In this document: piece after piece, positions 35,032-43,943 of the stretch
Numbering within the stretch: position 1 is the stretch's first letter
Layout of the letters: each line of letters starts with the position of its first letter
Assembly (NCBI GenBank): GCA_038885755.1
Contig: JAVZZH010000001.1
Coordinates: 519,413-583,412, forward strand
Direction: 5' to 3'
Source of the DNA: Candidatus Caldarchaeum sp.
GTDB lineage: Archaea > Thermoproteota > Nitrososphaeria_A > Caldarchaeales > Caldarchaeaceae
Length of the DNA: 64,000 nucleotides
Position numbers and translations under genes: made by a program
The notes under the pieces: generated by a model
The model's input: the letters and a program-made list of their open reading frames with translations, nothing else
Database searches by the model: none
Told to the model about the DNA's origin: nothing

Positions 35032-36442
35032 CCACAGCCCTGTCGAGGTCGGCCAAGAACCTGATTATCCTGTCGGACGGTATCTCAGCACCCGCTGCAA
35101 CGTCGTGGCCTCCACCCCTGCCTCCGTAAGCCTCCGCAAGCCTGTGCAGCAGCTCGCCCAAGTTAACACCCCTCTCCACCAGTTGTTTAGACGCCCTTGA
35201 GGAGATCTTAACCATGTGCCCCGCCGTCGCGAACGCGACGAGGGCCTTGCCGGCGGGAAGGAGACCCGACGACGAGATTATCGAGGCAACCGAGCTAACC
35301 TGCTTGTCGTCGATCATGTCTCCACCCTTCAGCACGACTATGTGGTTGAGCTCCTCCATGACACCCGGCCTAGCGACATAATCCATGGCACGGGCCAAGC
35401 TCGCACGATACTCCTCCAGCACCCGCTGAGCATCTTCAAGCACCTCAGCACGAGCACCCATCGCCACGACTATTCCCAGCCAAGCCCTTCCCGTCTTACC
35501 GCACGAGTTGAGCAGCGTGGCGTACTCCCTGGCGTCCCTCAGATAGGTCCACGACTCTTCTCTCACAAGGTCGTAGGCCTCGCCCACCAATTCCTCGGCC
35601 AGCCTCGTCGGAATGTTCTTGGCGACCAAGTATTCCAGAAGCCCGTTGTAGAGAGTCTTCTTCTCCTCTTCCGTCAAGTCTGAAAGCGTCCTCCACTGGT
35701 CTCCTTCCTTGAGGCTTAGTCCAATCTTAGTAAGGAAGCTGTAGCAGGCGTCCTCCCTTCCGCTCAGCCCGGGTATGTAGGGGCTCGTCGTAGAGGCTAG
35801 AGCCATGTGCAGGGGTCTGAATGTTCTTCCGTAGAGTATCAGGTCCTCCTTCGCCTCGAGGATTCCAGCCTTGACGGCGTCTTCGACAACCGCCCTGTTC
35901 AAGCCGTGGAGCCTCCGCCTGCTGTTCTTGTCCTGTAGGTCGCCCAAAGCACCTACTACGGCAACGGCGGAGTACTCGACGTTGGCTGGGTTCAGTTTTT
36001 TGCAGACAAAGTAGGAAACACCCGAAGCGCTGAGCTCGCTGGCTCCGTCGAATCCGTGGTCGTGCGGGTTGACTTGAACCCATTCATGCGGAAGGTCCGC
36101 CTGCCTCGGCCTGTGATGGTCTAGGATCACAACCTCCCTCCCATGCAGGAGCTGGGTAAGCTCGTCCAAGTAGCCGCTGCCTATGTCTGTGAAGATCAGG
36201 GTCTTGGAGTCGACAAACCCTTCTCGGAGGAGTGAGATGAACTCCTCTATACGGTTGAGAGACCTCACACGGTATCTTGCATCCTCCCTCCTGAGAGACC
36301 CGGAGACAATACCGGCCGAAGACAAGGCGTCTGCGTCGTTGTGGGTGTATACGTCGATGAACTCGCCTGAAGACAGCCATCTTCTTATCTTCTCAGCCGC
36401 TTCCTCCGCTGCTTTGAGGAAGCTTTGAAAGTCTCCCGTCAA
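34991..36442 (-). CDS. RecJ-like DHH-family nuclease (GAN/Cdc45 homolog)
   Basis: DHH motifs (THNDADALSS, VILDHH) and a DHHA1 C-terminus (GGGHDVAAGA). Confidence 0.8.
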   Translation of the reverse strand: MTGDFQSFLKAAEEAAEKIRRWLSSGEFIDVYTHNDADALSSAGIVSGSLRREDARYRVRSLNRIEEFISLLREGFVDSKTLIFTDIGSGYLDELTQLLHGREVVILDHHRPRQADLPHEWVQVNPHDHGFDGASELSASGVSYFVCKKLNPANVEYSAVAVVGALGDLQDKNSRRRLHGLNRAVVEDAVKAGILEAKEDLILYGRTFRPLHMALASTTSPYIPGLSGREDACYSFLTKIGLSLKEGDQWRTLSDLTEEEKKTLYNGLLEYLVAKNIPTRLAEELVGEAYDLVREESWTYLRDAREYATLLNSCGKTGRAWLGIVVAMGARAEVLEDAQRVLEEYRASLARAMDYVARPGVMEELNHIVVLKGGDMIDDKQVSSVASIISSSGLLPAGKALVAFATAGHMVKISSRASKQLVERGVNLGELLHRLAEAYGGRGGGHDVAAGAEIPSDRIIRFLADLDRAVGEQLEKTVDKISG

Positions 36443-36448
36443 GGCTTG

Positions 36449-36883
36449 TCAAGCCTTGAGAGGCTCGTAGTCGGGTGGAAGAAGGCCTCGGCGTTTGTAG
36501 TACTTGGTGAGCCGGCGGACCTTCGACTCTACGAGCTGGAGCCTGTGGATGTTGTATCCGTCGGACTTGTGCTTCTGCAGATGGAGCCTCATCCTCCTTA
36601 TCATCTCGAGCAGGTGGGAGAGGTCTTCTGGAATAGGGGTTAGGAGGTTGTTTTCGTCGAGTATCTGGGTGATTGTTTTACCTGTTATCGATTTGACGAG
36701 GGGGACTGCGTACTGGTCTCTCAGCACTACCCCGATACGGCTTGGTGGAAGACCTTCCTTCGCAAGCTTGACTACAAGCCCTTCAACCTCCTCAGCCGTC
36801 AGCTTGACCCATGATGGAGGGAGCTTGCTGAGCGGGCGTGTCGAGCTCGACCTGCCTCTTCTGGATGTGTGCATCCTCGCCAT
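36449..36883 (-). CDS. rps15: Ribosomal protein uS15 (S13e)
   Basis: Archaeal S15 pattern with C-terminal HLxxHKKD-like helix. Confidence 0.85.
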   Translation of the reverse strand: MARMHTSRRGRSSSTRPLSKLPPSWVKLTAEEVEGLVVKLAKEGLPPSRIGVVLRDQYAVPLVKSITGKTITQILDENNLLTPIPEDLSHLLEMIRRMRLHLQKHKSDGYNIHRLQLVESKVRRLTKYYKRRGLLPPDYEPLKA

Positions 36884-36884
36884 G

Positions 36885-37472
36885 CTATCTACCTGATGAG
36901 CGGGTTCGACGGACCTTATAAAGCCAGCGGCACAGCCGTCTCACTGAGGCAGACCTGTGGCTGAGCCGGTTCTTCTCATCCACGGACATGCTGGCGAACG
37001 TCTCCCTCCTACCTCTGGGTATGAAGACGGGGTCGAACCCGAAGCCTCCCACGCCCGACGGCTCTGCCGCGATCGATCCATGGCATCTTCCCTCGAAAAT
37101 CCTGACGTCCACGCCGTCGAAGTAGCACACCACGGACCTGAACACGGCTGAACGGTTCCTCTCATGCTCCAGAATCTTGAGAAGCCCTTCAACACCGAGG
37201 GTTCGGTGAACGTAGGAGGAGTAGGGGCCTGGAAAGCCTTTCAGCTTGTTTATGAAAAGCCCCGAGTCTTCGACGAAGACTGGGCGTTTGAGGAGGCTGT
37301 AGGCTTGAACTGCTCTGAAGACGGAGATACTCTTGAGGTTGTCGGACTGTATCTCGAGAGTCTCTCCGTAGAAGACTTCGAGCACGAGCCCGTGTTCTCT
37401 GAAGATTTTATCAACCTCCTTGGCTTTGCCCTTGTTTGACGTGACAAAAGTTGCGTCAGGGTTTGACGACAT
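36885..37472 (-). CDS. Non-canonical purine NTP pyrophosphatase (Ham1/RdgB/ITPase)
   Basis: TSNKGKAKE, VEDSGL and FGFDPVF motifs. Confidence 0.85.
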   Translation of the reverse strand: MSSNPDATFVTSNKGKAKEVDKIFREHGLVLEVFYGETLEIQSDNLKSISVFRAVQAYSLLKRPVFVEDSGLFINKLKGFPGPYSSYVHRTLGVEGLLKILEHERNRSAVFRSVVCYFDGVDVRIFEGRCHGSIAAEPSGVGGFGFDPVFIPRGRRETFASMSVDEKNRLSHRSASVRRLCRWLYKVRRTRSSGR

Positions 37473-38097
37473 AACGCCCTCTCATCCTTATGCTCTTCAT
37501 CTTGTTAACCGTTCTCCCCGCCGCATCCGTCCCGACCGCTTGTTTGTAGCCTTCCAGAAACCGGTTGAAGAACGGTTGAGAGACTGCTGGAAGACTGCTG
37601 CGGACCGACCTCTCGAGCAGATGTAGGTCTACGGCTTTGTCCTCTAGCTCGGCGTTGAAGACGCTGAGGCCGAAGTCGACTAGCCAAAGCCCGCTGTCGT
37701 TGACTATGATGTTGGATAGGGTTAGGTCGCCGTGGGCTAGGTTGAGCTCATGCATCAAACCAACAACTCGGCCCAGTTGTTCGGCGTGTCCAGAGGGGTC
37801 GGAGGCTTGGCGGAGCTCGACGCCTTCTATCATCTGCATGTATATGATTGACTGCTGAAGGTCCAAGAACAAGAGGAGCGGCACGGGGACGCCGTTGCTG
37901 GACAGGTATGACAGCACCTTGGCTTCGTGAGCAGTCCTGGTGCGCCGAACTCTAGCGTCTATAAGCTCGTTCCTGTAGCGTTTGGGAACGCGGTGCTTTT
38001 CAACCAGCTTCAGCCCCCTCCAATAAACAGCCTTGACAACTGCCTCGGCTCCGACTCTCAGCAGCCTTCCCTCGACGAAATCTATCAGCTCCAACAA
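37456..38097 (-). CDS. bud32: KEOPS kinase Bud32 (Kae1-associated kinase)
   Basis: Atypical RIO-like kinase motifs (GAEAVVK, HGDLTLSNIIV, DFGLS); overlaps the kae1 3' end. Confidence 0.85.
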   Translation of the reverse strand: MLELIDFVEGRLLRVGAEAVVKAVYWRGLKLVEKHRVPKRYRNELIDARVRRTRTAHEAKVLSYLSSNGVPVPLLLFLDLQQSIIYMQMIEGVELRQASDPSGHAEQLGRVVGLMHELNLAHGDLTLSNIIVNDSGLWLVDFGLSVFNAELEDKAVDLHLLERSVRSSLPAVSQPFFNRFLEGYKQAVGTDAAGRTVNKMKSIRMRGRYVVKP

Positions 38098-39068
38098 GCC
38101 TCGACCTCGTCAATCCTCATCCTCGGCTTGACTATGCTTTCGCCGACGTCGACCAAGTCGCCACACTTGTAGTGAAGATAGCCGTTCCAAGCTATCATGG
38201 CTCCGTTATCCCCCGCATACTCGTCGGGCACGGTCCGGAGAATGCATCCCCTGTCCACGCACATGGTTTCAAGCATCTCACTCAGCCTTCTGCTACGAGC
38301 CAGACCGCCGACCAGCAGTACCTCGCTCTTACCCGTCATGGCCACCGCTCTCTCGACAACCTCGGTCAGCATGCTGTAAACGGTCTCGGTGAGGGACAGG
38401 CAGACGTCGGCGAGAGGTGCGCCTGAAACTATGAGGGATTCGGCTGCCGTCAGCAAGCCGGAGAAGGAAACATCCATTCCCTTAACCTTGTAGGGAAGGT
38501 CGTGCAGCTTCCGGCCCTCGGCGGCAAGCTTCTCCGGAGCAGGCATCGGCCCAATACCGGCTGTAAGCCCGAAAGAGTCCAAGCAGTTGCCCGCCGCTAT
38601 GTCCAACGTCTCGCCCAGAACCCTGTACCTCTTTTCGACTAGAGAGGCTATGAGGGTGTTGCCGCCCGCTACGTAGAGAACGACGGGGTCGACGCATCCG
38701 GTCGCAAGCTTCCCGATCTCTATGTGTGCGACGCCGTGGTTCACCGCTACAAGCGGTTTTTTGAGAGCTAGGGCCAGCGTCCTCGCCACGGTTGCTCCGA
38801 CCCTGAGACAGGGCCCCATACCCGGGCCTTGGGAGTACGCCACGGCGTCGACGTCAGAGGGCTTCAGCCCCGCTTTCTTGAAGGCCTCTGCGACCGCGGA
38901 AGGCGCTTCGGCGGCGTGTTTTTGAGAAGCCTCCCTAGGATGGATTCCACCACTCTTAGGCTGGTAGACTCTGCGAACGTTGGCAAGTATCTCGCCCGTC
39001 GAAGTGGTTATTCCAACTCCGAAAGTATGCGCCGTAGACTCTATCCCCAGTATTATCGTCTTCTTCAA
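38085..39068 (-). CDS. kae1: tRNA t6A37 threonylcarbamoyltransferase Kae1/TsaD
   Basis: ILGIESTAHTFGVGI and ASKHD-fold His-His metal motifs. Confidence 0.9.
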   Translation of the reverse strand: MKKTIILGIESTAHTFGVGITTSTGEILANVRRVYQPKSGGIHPREASQKHAAEAPSAVAEAFKKAGLKPSDVDAVAYSQGPGMGPCLRVGATVARTLALALKKPLVAVNHGVAHIEIGKLATGCVDPVVLYVAGGNTLIASLVEKRYRVLGETLDIAAGNCLDSFGLTAGIGPMPAPEKLAAEGRKLHDLPYKVKGMDVSFSGLLTAAESLIVSGAPLADVCLSLTETVYSMLTEVVERAVAMTGKSEVLLVGGLARSRRLSEMLETMCVDRGCILRTVPDEYAGDNGAMIAWNGYLHYKCGDLVDVGESIVKPRMRIDEVEACWS

Positions 39069-39128
39069 GCCACGGGGATAAAGCCGTGGATAACTATTAG
39101 TGTTGCGTGGCGGAGGTTTGATGCTGGG

Positions 39129-41384
39129 ATGAGCTATCGAGAGCCCATCGTAGTAGTCCTAGGGCACGTCGACCACGGTAAATGCGTAGGTCCAGCGACA
39201 CCCATAAGGCTTGGTGGTCTTGACACCATCACAGCCGAGGAGGCCTTCCGGAGGTTCGGGTCCAGCTCACACGTCGTCCAGCTTTCAGACGGGTACGCCG
39301 TAAAGCCGTCGAGAACAATCACGGCCTCCTCGCTCTCGGCCTCCTGCAGCCTGATCGAGGCCGGGGTTGAGTATCTCTGGAAGAGGAAGGCTCCGAAAAA
39401 AATGGTGAGGGTTTCTCTTTCGAACGGGGAGGTGGTGGAGACTACTCCCGAGCATCCATTCCTAGCAGCTCGTGGAATGGAGCTAGTCGTTGCCGTGAGA
39501 GCGGACAACCTGCAGCCCGGCGACCGCCTTCTAGGGGTTTCGGGCAGGAGGTTGGCTTTTCACAGCATCGTCGAGCTCGAATGGTTCAAGCCCGAATACT
39601 CCTACGTATACGACTTCACCGTTCCCGGGTCGCATCTCTTCGTCGGCGGAGACGTGTTTTTGCACAACACCTCCCTGCTCGATAAAATCAGAGGCACGGT
39701 AGTCGCCGCCAGAGAGGCCGGCGGCATCACGCAGCACATAGGCGCAACTCTGCTGCCGATGCAGTCGATCGAGGAAGCCTGCAGGCAGCTTCTGGGCAAG
39801 CTAACAGTAAAGCTTGAAGTTCCCGGCATACTCTTCATCGACACGCCCGGGCACGCTGCTTTCTCAAACCTCAGGAGGCGTGGTGGTTCTGTTGCCGACA
39901 TGGCGATACTCGTGGTCGACTTGATGAAGGGCGTGCAGGAGCAGACTAAGGAAAGCATACAGCTTCTCAAGTCTAGACGAACGCCTTTCGTGGTGGCGTT
40001 GAACAAGGTTGACACAATACCCGGCTGGAGGCCACACCCCAACGCCTCTTTCATGCAGACCTACGCAGCGCAGCAGAAGCACGTCGCCGAAGACCTAGAC
40101 TCCAAGATATACAGCTTGATGGGAGACCTCAGCTTCTTCGGGTTCAAGTCAGACCTCTACACAAGGATAAGGTCGTTCACGGACACCGTGGCCATAGTTC
40201 CCGTGAGCGCTAAGACGGGTGAAGGGGTGCCCGACCTTTTGCTGATCATCATGGGGCTTGCTCAGCAGTTCATGAAGCAGCGGCTGAGGAAGGTTGCCGG
40301 ACGTGGTGAAGGCGTTATCCTCGAGGTTGTTGAGGAGGAGGGGCTGGGAGCGACGGCTAACACCATACTTCACACCGGTGAGCTCAGGGTTGGAGAAAGG
40401 ATAGCGTATCTAAGCCGCGCCGGGCCGGCGACGACTAAGGTCAAGGCCCTTCTCATGCCTAAACCGGCTGAGGAGATAAGAGACCCCAGAGAGAGGCTTA
40501 GGAGCGTAAACCACGTTGAGGCAGCTGCAGGCGTGAAGCTGGTTGCTGAAGGGCTGGAGGACGCCGTGGCAGGCTCGTCTATCCTAGTCGTCGTCAACGA
40601 AGAAGAGGACCTCAAGAGGATCGCTGAAGATGCTAAAGAGTTCATGATCTCGACAGACAAAGTCGGTGTAGTGCTTAAGGCCGACACTCTGGGAACTTTG
40701 GAGGCCGCTGTCAACTATCTGAGGGAGAAAGGGGTTTTGATAAGGGTTGCCGACATCGGCGACGTCTCGAAAAAGGATGTAGTGGAAGCGCATGTCGTAA
40801 GGCAGAAGGACGAGCTACTCGGAGTCATTCTATGCTACAACGTGAAGGCGGACCCGGAGGTTGAGAGAGAAGCCAACAGCAGGGGCGTCAGAGTCTTCAA
40901 GAACAACGTATTGTTCAGGCTTGTCGAGGACTACGAGAGATGGGTCGACGAGACAACGAACCAGAGGCGATTAGCCGAGTTCGAATCCCTTGTCAAGCCC
41001 GGAAAGCTGAAAGTTTTGAAGGAATACGTCTTCAGGAGAAGCGAACCTGCCATCGTCGGGGTTGAGGTTTTGGGAGGCGAGATCAAGCCAGGCACCACGC
41101 TGGTCAACACTCTCGGAAAGCCCGTGGGCGTCATCGCCCAGATCCAGGAGAGGGGCGTCCCCCAGCCTGTTGCAAAAAAAGGCGCTAAAGTCGCTGTCTC
41201 GATAAAAGACGCGGTGTTCGGCCGCAACATTCACGGCGACGAGACGCTTTATGTCTACGTTCCCGAGAAAGACGCTAGACAGCTTATATCGAACTACTCA
41301 AGCATGCTGGATGAAACTGGCCTGAAAACCCTCGAGGAGTTTGTCGAGATAATGAGGAAGCTGCAGCCTCTGTGGGCTCGTTGA
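39129..41384 (+). CDS. infB: Translation initiation factor aIF5B (IF2 homolog), containing a 162-aa mini-intein in the P-loop
   Basis: Start at MSYREP. GHVDHGK|C...FLHN|TSLLDKIRGT shows an insertion within the G1 motif. Exteins total ~589 aa, the normal aIF5B length. Downstream domains (GITQHIGA, DTPGH, NKVD) are intact. Confidence 0.85.
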   Translation: MSYREPIVVVLGHVDHGKCVGPATPIRLGGLDTITAEEAFRRFGSSSHVVQLSDGYAVKPSRTITASSLSASCSLIEAGVEYLWKRKAPKKMVRVSLSNGEVVETTPEHPFLAARGMELVVAVRADNLQPGDRLLGVSGRRLAFHSIVELEWFKPEYSYVYDFTVPGSHLFVGGDVFLHNTSLLDKIRGTVVAAREAGGITQHIGATLLPMQSIEEACRQLLGKLTVKLEVPGILFIDTPGHAAFSNLRRRGGSVADMAILVVDLMKGVQEQTKESIQLLKSRRTPFVVALNKVDTIPGWRPHPNASFMQTYAAQQKHVAEDLDSKIYSLMGDLSFFGFKSDLYTRIRSFTDTVAIVPVSAKTGEGVPDLLLIIMGLAQQFMKQRLRKVAGRGEGVILEVVEEEGLGATANTILHTGELRVGERIAYLSRAGPATTKVKALLMPKPAEEIRDPRERLRSVNHVEAAAGVKLVAEGLEDAVAGSSILVVVNEEEDLKRIAEDAKEFMISTDKVGVVLKADTLGTLEAAVNYLREKGVLIRVADIGDVSKKDVVEAHVVRQKDELLGVILCYNVKADPEVEREANSRGVRVFKNNVLFRLVEDYERWVDETTNQRRLAEFESLVKPGKLKVLKEYVFRRSEPAIVGVEVLGGEIKPGTTLVNTLGKPVGVIAQIQERGVPQPVAKKGAKVAVSIKDAVFGRNIHGDETLYVYVPEKDARQLISNYSSMLDETGLKTLEEFVEIMRKLQPLWAR
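39183..39668 (+). other. Mini-intein (Hint domain only, no homing endonuclease) within aIF5B
   Basis: Begins with Cys, Block B (ETTPEHPF), Blocks F/G (YVYDFTV...VFLHN), +1 Thr. At 162 aa there is no room for a LAGLIDADG domain. Confidence 0.75.
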
Positions 41385-41424
41385 CACATGTTTAAATTGC
41401 CGCAGTAATCAGGCGTCGGAAGAG

Positions 41425-41832
41425 ATGTCGCAGCAGGCGGCTGGACCGAGGATGGTTGTGTCGGACCCGTCCACGAGAAAGGCTTATACTGTTCAGCTGA
41501 CTCCTCAGCAGTTTCGCTTACTCGTGGGCAAGAAGATTGGGGACGTCGTCGACGGCTCGCCCTTCGGCGTCAAGGGCTCCCTCAAGATAACGGGGGGCAG
41601 CGACAGGGACGGCTTCCCCATGAGGAGTGATGTTTCGGGGCCTAGGCGTGTGAGGATTCTGCTTTCCGGCGGTGTTGGCTTCCATCCGAAGCGTAAGCCT
41701 CCCTCGAAGAGGAAGAAGACTAGGAACAGAAGGCCTGTATCTGGTGTTCGGAAGAGGGTATCGGTGAGGGGTAACATGATAAGCGAGGCAATAGCCCAGG
41801 TCAACGTCGTGGTCGCGGCTAAAGGCGAATGA
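41425..41832 (+). CDS. rps6e: Ribosomal protein S6e
   Basis: GDVVDGSPFGVKG...ITGGSDRDGFPMR motif. TATA (CATGTTTAAATTGCC) ~25 bp upstream. Confidence 0.85.
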   Translation: MSQQAAGPRMVVSDPSTRKAYTVQLTPQQFRLLVGKKIGDVVDGSPFGVKGSLKITGGSDRDGFPMRSDVSGPRRVRILLSGGVGFHPKRKPPSKRKKTRNRRPVSGVRKRVSVRGNMISEAIAQVNVVVAAKGE

Positions 41833-42125
41833 TTATGTCGATAGACAAGCTCAGCATGGTTGAGAACAGGCTTGTCGGCCGGCGCGACGTTCAGGCTATA
41901 ATATCCTACACAAAGCCATTGACTAGGGATGAGGTTAAGAAACTCATAGCCGACCGTTTCCGGACAGACCCAGCGAAGGTCGTGGTGAGGAAAGCAGAAT
42001 TCATCACGGGGACGCACACGGTCAAGGTGCATGCTCACATCTACGAGGCCGCTGAACAGATTTTGAAGTTCGAGCCCAAGCACATTTTAATCAGGAACAA
42101 GCTGGCTGAGAAGGAGAAGAAATGA
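41829..42125 (+). CDS. rps24e: Ribosomal protein S24e
   Basis: S24e-like pattern (ENRLVGRRDVQAIISY...VVVRKAEFITGTHTVKVHAHIYE). Confidence 0.75.
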   Translation: MIMSIDKLSMVENRLVGRRDVQAIISYTKPLTRDEVKKLIADRFRTDPAKVVVRKAEFITGTHTVKVHAHIYEAAEQILKFEPKHILIRNKLAEKEKK

Positions 42126-42280
42126 CGAAGAAAGGCTTGTGGAACCGCTACGTTGTTAAGGAAGACGGGCTGAAGAAAAGCTTGTCATCGTGCCCTAGAT
42201 GCGGCCCAGGCTTCTTCATGGCGGACCACGGCAACAGGCTTACCTGCGGAAAGTGCGGATACACCAAGTTCAAGTCGTAG
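42122..42280 (+). CDS. rps27ae: Ribosomal protein S27ae (zinc ribbon, 52 aa)
   Basis: Hand-translated: MTKKGLWNRYVVKEDGLKKSLSSCPRCGPGFFMADHGNRLTCGKCGYTKFKS. ATGA overlap with rps24e; under 60 aa, so absent from the ORF track. Confidence 0.85.
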   Translation: MTKKGLWNRYVVKEDGLKKSLSSCPRCGPGFFMADHGNRLTCGKCGYTKFKS

Positions 42281-42791
42281 CGGCTTCTACAACCTCGACA
42301 ACCCTGCGACGGGCCTCTTCACAGCCCTTCACCACTACGTAGCCTTCGCCGGGCTGGCCGTAGACTACAACCCCCCCTGAAGGCAGGGCCCAGATGGCTG
42401 GCAGAGCCAGTAGGTCTTCTTCTCCCTCCACCAATACGGCTCCGGAACCGTTCTCGACAGCGTTCAAGACAGCTTCTGCGGCCTCGGGAGTTATGCATCC
42501 CGCAGGGTTTTTGACGTAAACCACTCGATAGCCTTCCAAGCTTGGCCTGCCCGCATCTCTCCGCTCAACCTTCGTGTCGACGACTACGACGTGGGGCTTT
42601 ATCCCGGCAGCCCTTAGCCGTCGGTAGCTGTAGTCTCCGACGACAACCAGCGGGCTGGCTCTGGCGACCTCCTCGTCCTCGCCCAGCTCGCCCCTCCTCA
42701 ATTCACCCATGGGCCTTCTGAGCTTTTCTTTCAACTCCTCGGAGAAGTAAATCGACCTGCTCCACAGAGTTTCAGTCGACTTTGACGGCAT
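42270..42791 (-). CDS. DUF359-family GTP-dependent dephospho-CoA kinase (archaeal DPCK)
   Basis: VVVGDYSYRRL...PHVVVVDTKVERR pattern; conserved neighbour of spt4/rpoE in archaea. Confidence 0.6.
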   Translation of the reverse strand: MPSKSTETLWSRSIYFSEELKEKLRRPMGELRRGELGEDEEVARASPLVVVGDYSYRRLRAAGIKPHVVVVDTKVERRDAGRPSLEGYRVVYVKNPAGCITPEAAEAVLNAVENGSGAVLVEGEEDLLALPAIWALPSGGVVVYGQPGEGYVVVKGCEEARRRVVEVVEAATT

Positions 42792-42963
42792 ACCTGCCAG
42801 GCTTCCGTATGCCGAGCTCCCTAGCGATCTGGGAACTCTCCACGTCGAGGATTATCAGCAGCCCGGAATAGCTTGAGCTGAGGCTGGACGAGCCGCATGC
42901 ATCGCATACGTTGCCGCTAACTATCCTTCTGCAGTTCCTGCAGGCCCTAGCTTTGGCCGACAC
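42772..42963 (-). CDS. spt4: Transcription elongation factor Spt4 (RNA polymerase subunit E'')
   Basis: 63 aa with a C4 zinc ribbon (CRNC...CDAC) and C-terminal GRYAVKV. Confidence 0.8.
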   Translation of the reverse strand: MSAKARACRNCRRIVSGNVCDACGSSSLSSSYSGLLIILDVESSQIARELGIRKPGRYAVKVD

Positions 42964-43516
42964 TAGACTGCACCGCCCGCGCCTTCTCCTCCTCGATCCA
43001 TTTGAGAGAGCCCATCAAAGGCTGGCGTGTCACGAGCGAGACCTTGCCTCCCGCTCCTCCTCCGAAAGATACTGCGTTAATCCTAGCTCTGACGTCGTCT
43101 CCGACCGACATCTTCCAGCCTGTCTTCCTGCCCACCAGCATGTTGTTCTTTTCGTCGTAGGTTATGAAGTCGTCCATTATCTGCGATATGTGGAGGAGGC
43201 CGTCGAACGGCCCGACTCTGACGAAGCATCCGAAGTCTGTTATCTCGACAACCTCGCCGAGGACAACTTCGTTCACTTCAGGGATGTATGTCAGTAGCTT
43301 GAAGACACAGTTGTGGTATGTCGAGCCATCCCTGGGGAGAAGCTGGCCTATCTTATCCACCTTAGCGTCCACAACCATCACGACGAAGCCCAACTCCTCA
43401 TACACAGCCCCCTCGTATTTCTTCCTGAGGTTGTTCAGCACCACACCCTCAAGAGGTTTTCCAAACTCGCTGGGTGGAATGCCAACAACCTCAACAACCT
43501 CCACTATAGCAAACAT
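42947..43516 (-). CDS. rpoE: DNA-directed RNA polymerase subunit E' (Rpb7 homolog)
   Basis: N-terminal RNP-like domain plus S1 domain (GEVVEITDFGCFVRVGPFDGLLHISQI). Confidence 0.85.
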   Translation of the reverse strand: MFAIVEVVEVVGIPPSEFGKPLEGVVLNNLRKKYEGAVYEELGFVVMVVDAKVDKIGQLLPRDGSTYHNCVFKLLTYIPEVNEVVLGEVVEITDFGCFVRVGPFDGLLHISQIMDDFITYDEKNNMLVGRKTGWKMSVGDDVRARINAVSFGGGAGGKVSLVTRQPLMGSLKWIEEEKARAVQSSVGQS

Positions 43517-43562
43517 CTCCTACCCACCGTCTTAGCCATGCTTTTTGATCAGCCTTGATGAC

Positions 43563-43943
43563 TCAACGCAATATAAGCCTAACTATCGGTTTGCCAGACC
43601 TAGAAACCGTCATGAACGGCAGGCCGGCGCTAGCGAGCCTTCTGAGCAGCCTCGAGTCAACGCTTATGACGGGGATCATGTGCTCCGCCGAATACTTCAC
43701 AAGGGCTTCGTCGGCCGGGCCCCCAGCGTGGACAATCTCAGCCCCGGCCACGTACTCGGCCGCGACCTTGGCCAGCTTGGCTCTCCTCCCACGGCCGGAG
43801 GATATCCGCCTAACCTCTTCCAGCACGCTGTCGAGGACGACCAGCTGTATGACGTCGCCGACTTTCTTCTCGAGAACGGACAAGTAGTTGCGTCCCCTTT
43901 CAGCGCAGACCATCAGAAAGCTTGTGTCAACCAGAGCCTTCAC
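43563..43943 (-). CDS. PIN-domain protein (conserved between aIF2-gamma and rpoE')
   Basis: ALVDTSFLM...VLDSVLEE...ISVDSRL acidic-residue pattern of PIN nucleases. Confidence 0.65.
   Translation of the reverse strand: MKALVDTSFLMVCAERGRNYLSVLEKKVGDVIQLVVLDSVLEEVRRISSGRGRRAKLAKVAAEYVAGAEIVHAGGPADEALVKYSAEHMIPVISVDSRLLRRLASAGLPFMTVSRSGKPIVRLILR

Noticed and set aside
38829-39128. The ORF-track start of the 851-aa ORF at 38829, implying a 100-aa N-terminal extension on aIF5B
   Set aside because: That segment is antisense to kae1 and Arg-rich, as is typical for a GC-rich spurious frame. MSYREPIVVVLGHVDHGK at 39129 matches the canonical aIF5B N-terminus.
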